From positions 181,436-245,435 of the forward strand of contig CAVUHF010000010.1 of NCBI GenBank assembly GCA_963741195.1: a DNA stretch of 64,000 bases, in the 5' to 3' direction. Position numbers and translations under genes: made by a program. The notes beneath the pieces were generated by a model. It saw nothing but the letters and a program-made list of their open reading frames with translations, had not been told where the DNA came from and made no database searches. Below, in pieces: positions 56,590-64,000 of this stretch (position 1 is its first letter; the number at the start of each line of letters is the position of its first letter). This DNA is from Candidatus Acidiferrales bacterium (lineage in GTDB: Bacteria > Acidobacteriota > Terriglobia > Acidiferrales > UBA7541).

Positions 56590-57648
56590 ATGCGCGTTGA
56601 GGAGCAAGCTGGTTTGCCGGTTTCCCGACAACTTTGGCCGCTTCGGAGAATCTCCTGGATTCTTCTGATCGTTGGAATTTTGATTGCGGCTCCTCTCGGG
56701 GCAGGGTCTGCGTCCAACGACGATCCTCCTCCTCTTGGCGATGCCGTCGGAGCCATTGAAGGCGATTCTATTTCCGTCGAAGGCCCTATGAGCGTGGAGG
56801 TTGTCCAAGGTAAAGTGAAGACCGTACTGCGAAGTGGCAGTGAGGTGCGCGTAAAATCCGGCCTGGCACGGATTGACCTCGTAGAGGGCGGATCCATCAC
56901 CATTTGCGGGCCCGCGCATTTCTCCGTACTGAAGTCCGGAGGCTCGCTGACAATCGCCTTGGACACCGGCACGATTCACACGCACCTCGAGAACGATCTC
57001 CCCCTCACCATCTACACGCCGCAGATTCAGGCACATCCGATCTCAATCGGAAGTGGACCGGAGGATACTCTCGTCGGCCTGGATGCTGCCGGTGCGATGT
57101 GCGTGCACGCCAACCAGGGAGCCGTTCGCATCGAGCAGCAATTGACCGGGCAAAGCGTGCTGGTGCCGCAGAGTGGAGACGTTTCCCTGACCAACGGGCA
57201 GTTGGAAAGCCTGCATACATCCTCCGGCCGCTGCGTATGCGACATCATGCCGGCTCGTCAGCCAACCATCGTGACCGATGTGAGCAGGCTCGCTACCCCC
57301 GAAGAGTTGAAAAAGAAACCTCCTGAAAAAAAGCCAGTGCCTGCGACGGCGTCCGATCCTCCCGTCAGGACAGAAAAAGAGGAACCCGTTTATCAAGTCT
57401 TTATGCCGCCGTTGCATTATGATGCGAACGCCAAGGTGCAAGACGACTTCGATCCCAATCTGATCGTTCTTGTGCGCCGCGTTCGTGTGAGGCCCACGCT
57501 GATCTTTCAGGGGAAGGTGGAGGGCGATCCCGTGGTTGCCCAAGCCACAGCCCCGGTAAATATCCCGAAACCCGTATCGGCGCAGGCCAAGCCCGCAGAC
57601 GACTCCACATGGAATCGTGTCCGTACCTTCTTCAAGAAGATTTGGTAG
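56590..57648 (+). CDS. Secreted/membrane-anchored hypothetical protein with FecR-like beta domain
   Basis: Hydrophobic N-terminal segment, beta-strand-rich core, Pro/Lys-rich linker. Confidence 0.55.
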   Translation: MRVEEQAGLPVSRQLWPLRRISWILLIVGILIAAPLGAGSASNDDPPPLGDAVGAIEGDSISVEGPMSVEVVQGKVKTVLRSGSEVRVKSGLARIDLVEGGSITICGPAHFSVLKSGGSLTIALDTGTIHTHLENDLPLTIYTPQIQAHPISIGSGPEDTLVGLDAAGAMCVHANQGAVRIEQQLTGQSVLVPQSGDVSLTNGQLESLHTSSGRCVCDIMPARQPTIVTDVSRLATPEELKKKPPEKKPVPATASDPPVRTEKEEPVYQVFMPPLHYDANAKVQDDFDPNLIVLVRRVRVRPTLIFQGKVEGDPVVAQATAPVNIPKPVSAQAKPADDSTWNRVRTFFKKIW

Positions 57649-57915
57649 CCTCTTACTCAGGCCACCTAACGGGGTGCCATCGGATGCCTGGCCAAGGTGA
57701 CGAATCGCTCGACTCCGAAGAATTGGGGTTTGAATCTTGGCGAATCCTCGCTCAAGCTGATCATGTCGCGCGATCGCCGATTCTTCCCAAGATGACCTCG
57801 CCATATTTGATGAGCGATCAGAGGATTCCTAAGAAAACGACCTGGGTACCGCTGCGGTGGGCTGGTTTGGGTCTCGAGCAATATCCGTTGCTGCACCCGT
57901 CGGTCCTCGGCTTGT

Positions 57916-58140
57916 GGGCCGGCAGTCTTGCATGCCTACGATGCAACAAATCTGGCCAGCGAACTAGGGAGTAGCAGCACCGTTTCCGGAGACGCCGCCG
58001 GGAATGCGGCCAAGTTCACGGTACTCGCCATTGCGAACGGTAAGGTCTACGTCGGAACTCGCGGCAACGACACTGACGGTGTCTTTGGCTCGAGCAGCGT
58101 GTCGGGTGAACTCGACGTTTACGACCTCCAGCCAGACTGA
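57916..58140 (+). pseudogene. C-terminal remnant of a PQQ-like beta-propeller protein
   Basis: [40 protein letters not shown]; no upstream body. Confidence 0.6.
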
Positions 58141-58227
58141 TCTGATTCAAGGTTGGAATGATCTTGGCAGGTCCACCAGAACCTAATTCACTTCGTGTGA
58201 ATTTAGCACTTTTTATCGACTCCGCCT

Positions 58228-59883
58228 CTACATTCCCTCGTAGTTCGGGCCGCCACCGCCTTCGGGGACAGTCCAGTCGATAATCTGATAGGGGTCAGCG
58301 ATGTCGCAGGTTTTGCAGTGCACGCAATTGGCGGCATTAATCTTCAATTTTGATCCCCCGCTTTCGTTGACCATTTCATACACCGCCGCAGGGCAAAAAT
58401 ATTGGCACGGGTTGCCGTACTCCTCGGCGCACCGCGTTGAACAGATATTTAGGTCGTGCACTTTCAAATGGCAAAGCTGATCTTCTTCGTGTCTCGTTCC
58501 GGAATGATAGACGTCGGTCAAGCGGTCAAACGTCAGTTTGCCATCGCCCTTAAATCGTTCCGGCGCCGGACGCCCGTGGATTTGCGTATAGGCCTCACAC
58601 CCTGCGTGCGCGTGCATCGGGTCCACCAGCCCTCGGCCCCCGGAAATCTGCTGCAATCCTGAGAGCACCAGCCCATCGAACAATCCATTGTGGAAAGACT
58701 GGTGAAAGTTGCGGACTTTCCAGAGTTCGTCCTTGATGTAACTGTGATCGATCTTCTCTTTGTAGAGCTTTAGCGTCTTTGACGAAGTGTCCTCCGACTT
58801 CAGTGCCGCGAAAATCGTCTCCGCCGCGAGCATGCCGCTCTTTATCGCCAGGTGTACGCCCTTCAGCCGCTGCGAGTCCAGGAAGCTTCCTGAATCGCCA
58901 ACGATCAATCCCCCATCCACGTAATTTCGCGGCATCGCGTACCAACCGCCATACGGCAGCGACTTCGCGCCGTAACGCACCATCTTCCCGCCTTCAAGTA
59001 ACTCGCGCAAATACGGATGCGTCTTCCAGTACTGAAACGCGGCGTGAGGGTCGAAGCGCGAATCCGCGTATTCCAAGGCAACGACCAGCCCGATGGAGAC
59101 CCGATTGTTGCTGAAGCCATAGATCCAGCCGCCCCCATACATCTTCGTCGACAACGGCCAGCCAAGCGTGTGTGCGACAAATCCAGGCTTGATCTTTCCG
59201 GGCTGCACTTCCCACAATTCCTTGATGCCGATTCCGTAACTCTGCGGATTGAGATTGTCGAGTTTCTTATTCGCCACCAATTGCTTGGTCAGCGAGCCAC
59301 GCGTGCCCTCTGCTAGCACGGTTACCTTCGCTCGCAGCTCATATCCTGGCGTGTAGTTGTCTTTCGGTTTCCCGTTTTTGTCCACGCCCTTGTCTTCGGT
59401 TATGACGCCGGCTATTCCGTTACCTTCATAAATCAGCTCCGCCCCTCCGAATTCCTTAAACAGATTTACGCCGGCTGATTCCACCAGACCGCCCATCCAC
59501 CGCACCAGCTTGCTTAAGGAAATGACGTAATTCCCTTTATTGTTGAACGGCGGCGGGGTAATGGGAATGCGGTAGGAAGAGTTTTTCGTAAAGATCAGTG
59601 CTGCCGAATCGGTGACCGGGGTATCCAGAGGAGCGTCCTTCTCAAAATTGGGCACCAGTTCAGCGAGTGCCTTCGGGTTCATGATCGCGCCGGAGAGTTG
59701 GTGCGCGCCTATCTCTCGACCCTTCTCCAGCACGTAAATGTTTTCCGCGGAGAGCTCCGGCTTCGCCTCACTGGCGTTATGTTTCTGAATGAGGTTGGCC
59801 AGGTGCAGCGCGCAACTCAGTCCAGCCGGCCCGGCACCGACGATCAGGACATCCGCTTCCAGTTGTTCTCTTTGGATTGCCAT
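58228..59883 (-). CDS. Electron transfer flavoprotein-ubiquinone oxidoreductase (FixC-FixX type)
   Basis: VGAGPAGL, LSGA, KGVHLAIKSG, C-terminal CPAAVY..CVHCKTCDIADP. Confidence 0.94.
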   Translation of the reverse strand: MAIQREQLEADVLIVGAGPAGLSCALHLANLIQKHNASEAKPELSAENIYVLEKGREIGAHQLSGAIMNPKALAELVPNFEKDAPLDTPVTDSAALIFTKNSSYRIPITPPPFNNKGNYVISLSKLVRWMGGLVESAGVNLFKEFGGAELIYEGNGIAGVITEDKGVDKNGKPKDNYTPGYELRAKVTVLAEGTRGSLTKQLVANKKLDNLNPQSYGIGIKELWEVQPGKIKPGFVAHTLGWPLSTKMYGGGWIYGFSNNRVSIGLVVALEYADSRFDPHAAFQYWKTHPYLRELLEGGKMVRYGAKSLPYGGWYAMPRNYVDGGLIVGDSGSFLDSQRLKGVHLAIKSGMLAAETIFAALKSEDTSSKTLKLYKEKIDHSYIKDELWKVRNFHQSFHNGLFDGLVLSGLQQISGGRGLVDPMHAHAGCEAYTQIHGRPAPERFKGDGKLTFDRLTDVYHSGTRHEEDQLCHLKVHDLNICSTRCAEEYGNPCQYFCPAAVYEMVNESGGSKLKINAANCVHCKTCDIADPYQIIDWTVPEGGGGPNYEGM

Positions 59884-59922
59884 CGCGGCATTTTACCAAA
59901 CAACCGTTTGGGATGTATGTGC

Positions 59923-60909
59923 TTATCCGTTGTTCTTCTGCAATTCTTCGGTCAGCGCGGGCATGACCTCGAAAATGTCGGCGACCACCCCGTAATCCGC
60001 GATCTCGAAGATCGGCGCGTTCTGGTCTTTGTTAATGGCAACGATGGTTCGCGCGCCTTTCATCCCGACCACATGCTGAATCGCGCCGCTGATACCCAAC
60101 GCCAGATACAGTTTTGGCGCGACCGTTTGTCCGGAGCTTCCGATCTGGCGCTCCATGGGCAGCCATCCTTCATCGCAAATCGGCCGCGACGCCGCGATTT
60201 CCGCTCCCATGGCCTTGGCCAAGGCTTCGGCCTGCGCGATATTTTCCGGTGCTTTGATTCCGCGGCCGACGGCCACAATCAGTGGCGCCTGCGTCAGATC
60301 CACAGAAGACTTCGCTTCTTTGAAGAGTTCCAGGGGCTTGGTGCGAATCTGCTCCGGCTTCAATTCCACTTTCACCGAATTCACCGAGGCTTTTCCGCCC
60401 TCGTGCGCCACCAGCAAATCCGCGCGAAACGCGCCGGACTGAAACGACGCGAACCACGGGGCTGCTCCAGTAAACGAGACATCCGCCACAGTCTTGCCTT
60501 GGAACATTTGGCGAACGAATATTAGTTTGCCATTTTCATAGCGGAACCCAATACAATCGCCCACCATTCCTTTACCCAGCGACGCGGCGAGTTTGGGAGC
60601 AAAATCGCGCACCTGATAGGTATGGGGAAACAGGACCAGGCCCGGCTTCGCTGATTCGATCAATTGCATGAGGGCAACGCAATAGCCGTCAGGTGTGTAG
60701 TTTCCCAGCAGTTCGTGTTCAACCACAAGCACTTCCGCAACATTCTTCCCGCCAATTTCTTCGGCTAGCGACGCCACATCCTTCCCGATCACGACCGCGC
60801 TTACACTCCCCGCCGTCGCCGAGGCGATCTGCTGCGCAGCCACCAGCGTCTCGAAACTGGTATTGCTCCACTTCCCCTGCCGCTGCTCGGTAATGACGAG
60901 TATTTTCAT
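59923..60909 (-). CDS. etfA: Electron transfer flavoprotein alpha subunit
   Basis: ASRPICD.GW, QIGSSGQTVAPKLYLALGISGAIQHVVGM, AINKD..APIF. Confidence 0.95.
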   Translation of the reverse strand: MKILVITEQRQGKWSNTSFETLVAAQQIASATAGSVSAVVIGKDVASLAEEIGGKNVAEVLVVEHELLGNYTPDGYCVALMQLIESAKPGLVLFPHTYQVRDFAPKLAASLGKGMVGDCIGFRYENGKLIFVRQMFQGKTVADVSFTGAAPWFASFQSGAFRADLLVAHEGGKASVNSVKVELKPEQIRTKPLELFKEAKSSVDLTQAPLIVAVGRGIKAPENIAQAEALAKAMGAEIAASRPICDEGWLPMERQIGSSGQTVAPKLYLALGISGAIQHVVGMKGARTIVAINKDQNAPIFEIADYGVVADIFEVMPALTEELQKNNG

Positions 60910-61673
60910 CAGATCACCCGCGCCTCAAACTTCAGCTTTTCGACCAACTTTGCTGCAATCTCCTTCATCGTACCTGTGAGAAATTCTGTCTTCTTCGTTT
61001 TCGTTGGTACGTAGATCTTTTCGATTTTTTGTGTCGGCTCTATGGCGACGCCGAGCGACTCGCGCGTCAACGTCGCAATTTCTTTTTTCTTCGCTGCCAT
61101 GATGCCTTTCAACGTTGCGTAGCGCACCTTGTTGATTCCGGACTGAATCGACAGCACCGCCGGCAGCGGGCACTCCAACCACTGAAACCAACCCGCTTCC
61201 AGTTCGCGCTTCAACTTCATATTGCCGTCCTGTACGTCGATCTGCATGATGATCGTGGCGTGCGGACGATCCAGCACTCCCGCGAGCAGCACGCCGGTTT
61301 GTCCAAAACCATGATCGTCGCTTTGCAAGCCGGTCAGCACCAGGTCGGCGTTTTCTTTGGCAATCGCCGCCGCCAGAGTCTTGGCCGTGCCGAGCGGGTC
61401 GAGTTGAGCAAAATTGTCGTCGGCAATGTGGATGCCACGATCGGCGCCTTTCGCCAACGCTTCCTTGATCGTTTGTTTCACGCGTTCAGGACCCAGCGAC
61501 AGAGCGATCACCTCTCCGCCGTGTTTTTCCTTCAGCCGCAGCGCTTCTTCCAGCGCATAAGAATCCGGCTCGTTCATTTCGAACCCAATGTCTGACTCCT
61601 TGATCCAGTTTCCGGCGATGGCGAGCGGCGCGTCCTTGGCCGGCACCTGCTTGATGCATACGATGATTTTCAC
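60909..61673 (-). CDS. etfB: Electron transfer flavoprotein beta subunit
   Basis: MKIIVCIKQVP, ALEEALRLKE, ALAKGADRG, GLQSDD. Confidence 0.95.
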   Translation of the reverse strand: MKIIVCIKQVPAKDAPLAIAGNWIKESDIGFEMNEPDSYALEEALRLKEKHGGEVIALSLGPERVKQTIKEALAKGADRGIHIADDNFAQLDPLGTAKTLAAAIAKENADLVLTGLQSDDHGFGQTGVLLAGVLDRPHATIIMQIDVQDGNMKLKRELEAGWFQWLECPLPAVLSIQSGINKVRYATLKGIMAAKKKEIATLTRESLGVAIEPTQKIEKIYVPTKTKKTEFLTGTMKEIAAKLVEKLKFEARVI

Positions 61674-61712
61674 GGAGTTTTCCTTCTACCTGGGCTTTCT
61701 GTGAGGGATGAG

Positions 61713-61814
61713 CGCCATTCTGACTGGAGCGAAGGATCTCAGTGCCGGATGCGCCCGATCATCCAGTTCATTGAGGTTCCTCGGCCAGAATCCGTTTCAG
61801 GCCTCCGAATGACA
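61713..61814. repeat. CGTC-type REP-like palindromic element
   Basis: GCCATTCTGA..GAAGGATCTC ... GAGGTTCCTC..CCGAATGAC: nested imperfect inverted repeats in the fabF-etfB intergenic region. Confidence 0.55.
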
Positions 61815-61842
61815 CCAAAAAAACTGAGAAAAACGCAGCAGG

Positions 61843-63097
61843 CTACTTGCCGCTCCAGCGTTTGAAAATCAGTGCGGCGTTCGTTCCGCCGAATCCAAAC
61901 GAATTCGAGAGGGCGTAGTCGACTGACGCTTTCCGCGATACGTTCGGCACGTAATCCAGATCGCATTGTGGATCCGGCGTTTCCTGATTGATGGTTGGTG
62001 GCAGAATCTGATCGCGCAGAGCGAGAACGCTGATGCCGGCTTCCAGACCACCTGCGCCACCCAGAAGATGTCCGGTCATGGACTTGGTCGAGCTCACTGC
62101 AAGCTTCTTGCTAATCGCGCGCTCGCCAAAGACGTCGCTTCATCGCCGTCGTTTCAATGGCATCGCCAAGCGGCGTGGACGTCCCGTGCGCGTTCACGTA
62201 GCCAATATCGTCGGCTGAAATCTTGGCGTCTTTCAATCGCAGCTCGCATTACGCGAAATGCGCCGTCGCCATTTTCGGCTGGCTGCGTAATGTGGTAGGC
62301 ATCGCCGCTCATGCCGTATCCGACAATTTCCGCCAGGATTGGTGCGTTTCGTTTCGTGGCGTGTTCCAACGACTCCAGGATCAGGATGCCCGTGCCTTCG
62401 CCAACCACAAACCCGTCGCGGCCCGCGTCAAACGGGCGGCTGGCATGTTCCGGGGAATCATTTCGCGTGGACAGCGCGCGCATGGAGGCGAATCCGCCGA
62501 TGCCCATGGGAGTAATCGTGGCCTCGGTCCCGCCGCAGATCATCACCTCGGCTGCGCCACGTTCAATAATTTTGAAGGAATCGCCTATCGCGTGCGCCGA
62601 CGCGGAGCACGCGGTGGCCGTCGCGGAATTCGGGCCCGCGCGCACCATAGCGAATGGAAATGTGGCCCGAGGCGAGATTGACGATCGCCGAAGGAATAAA
62701 AAACGGAGAAATCTTCCCGGGGCCGCCCTGCATCAACTTGATGTGCTCGCGCTCGATGATGTCGAATCCGCCGATGCCCGAAGCCACGTACACGCCGACG
62801 TCATCCAGATCCGACTGCTCCGGCTTCCACTCCGCCATCTTCACGGCGAAATCCGCGCCGGCCAGGGCGATCTGAATGAACCGCCCCATTTTTTTCAGCT
62901 CTTTTTTCTCGATCCACAGGAACGGGTCGAAATTCTTTACTTCCCCGGCGATCTGGCAATCGAAGCCAGTGGTATCGAAATGCGTGATACGGCCAACGCC
63001 GCTCTTACCGGCAACGAGGTTCTTCCAGACTTTCCTCAGTCCCGATACCCAGTGCGCAGACCAATCCAACACCCGTAACGACGACTCGGCGAGTCAA
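61843..63097 (-). CDS. fabF: Beta-ketoacyl-ACP synthase II with four apparent +1 indels
   Basis: Reassembled: [61 protein letters not shown]. Breaks near 63032, 62633, 62235 and 62137. Confidence 0.9.
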
Positions 63098-63132
63098 CTC
63101 TCTTGCTCCTTCGTGCGAGGATTTGCTGCGAC

Positions 63133-63375
63133 TTACTTGCCCTTCGAGTGCTTCTCGATGTACTCGATGGCGTCTTTCACCGTGGCCATCTTTTCGGCGT
63201 CTTCGTCCGGCATTTCGATCCCGAAGGCCTCTTCAAACGCCATGACCAATTCCACCTGGTCGAGCGAATCCGCGCCCAGGTCGTCCACGAACGACGCGGT
63301 TGGTGTGACTTCGGCTTCATCCACACCGAGTTGCTCGACGATGATCTGCTTTACGCGTTCTTCCACGCTGGCCAT
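63133..63375 (-). CDS. acpP: Acyl carrier protein
   Basis: [22 protein letters not shown] (phosphopantetheine Ser), EEAFGIE. Confidence 0.97.
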   Translation of the reverse strand: MASVEERVKQIIVEQLGVDEAEVTPTASFVDDLGADSLDQVELVMAFEEAFGIEMPDEDAEKMATVKDAIEYIEKHSKGK

Positions 63376-63564
63376 TCCCGTTCCTCCGCGACCTGCTGTC
63401 GCCCTTCCTGTTCGTACCACTACCTGCTGCAATCCGGCGTGATGGCCGTCTTACAAGTTCGTATGTATTGCCCAAGGTAACCTGCTCAGTCTACTTACCC
63501 TGCACCACAAGGTCAACTTCATGCCTCCAAGATCCGAGCTTTTTACCCCAATGCTGACTTACAT

Positions 63565-64000
63565 CTACGCCAAGTACATGCCGCCGTTTACGTCCAGTAC
63601 ATGACCGGTGATGTAGGCAGCCTCGTCGCTCGCCAGAAACACGATCGCCGCCGCTACGTCGCGGCCACTACCCATGCGCCCCAGCGGAATGCGCGTCTTT
63701 AGCTCTTCTTTTATCTTGTCGGGAAGCACATCGGTCATAGGCGATGAAATGAATCCCGGCGCGACCGCATTCACGGTGATGTTTCGTGACGCGATTTCCA
63801 TGGCAATTGCTTTGGTCAACCCGATCAGCCCGGCCTTTGCGGCCACGTAATTCGCCTGCCCGGCATTTCCCATCTGTGCCACCACGGAAGCGATGTTAAT
63901 GATTCGACCCGCGCGCGCTTTCATCATCACCGGCAGCGCCTGTTGGATGCACAGATGCGCGCCGGTCAGGTTCGTGCGAATGACGGCATCCCAATCGTCG
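63565..64000 (-). CDS. fabG: 3-oxoacyl-ACP reductase (5' part outside the window)
   Basis: [21 protein letters not shown] (YxxxK), [20 protein letters not shown]. Confidence 0.95.
   Translation of the reverse strand, partial: DDWDAVIRTNLTGAHLCIQQALPVMMKARAGRIINIASVVAQMGNAGQANYVAAKAGLIGLTKAIAMEIASRNITVNAVAPGFISSPMTDVLPDKIKEELKTRIPLGRMGSGRDVAAAIVFLASDEAAYITGHVLDVNGGMYLA

Overview
A ~60% GC-looking chromosomal window, probably Acidobacteriota. This is inferred from an ADOP-type duplicated permease, an RLDSWKEIA-type domain, a KKVITNDDI-motif protein and MacB-like permease pairs. Housekeeping genes: rne/rng, folD, coaE, rmuC, etfAB with ETF-QO, fabF, acpP, fabG. Accessory blocks: (1) vapBC, then a displaced tRNA/tmRNA 3' end (att-like). 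Behind it is a sigma54 enhancer-binding protein with a CARF/RtcR-like N-terminus and an apparent ECF-sigma region-2 insert. It is followed by a candidate UAS-IHF-(-24/-12) promoter and an ARPP-1/DUF6569 gene. (2) A corrinoid protein, non-pyrrolysine MttB, MetH-reactivation domain and homocysteine methyltransferase, which look like a split, amine-fed methionine synthase. (3) A PP2C-FHA-CHASE2 adenylate cyclase operon. (4) An ABC-2 permease/M1 aminopeptidase fusion. (5) An RND efflux operon. (6) A BlaI-M56 operon with a palindromic operator, where the M56 protein and a secreted partner share a 28-29 aa tandem repeat I cannot assign to a family. (7) An intact IS4-family element with IRs and a 9-bp TSD. 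Single-base indels cluster in fabF, a methyltransferase and the kinase region, so sequence error is a real possibility there. All family assignments come from motif recognition by eye; no searches were run.
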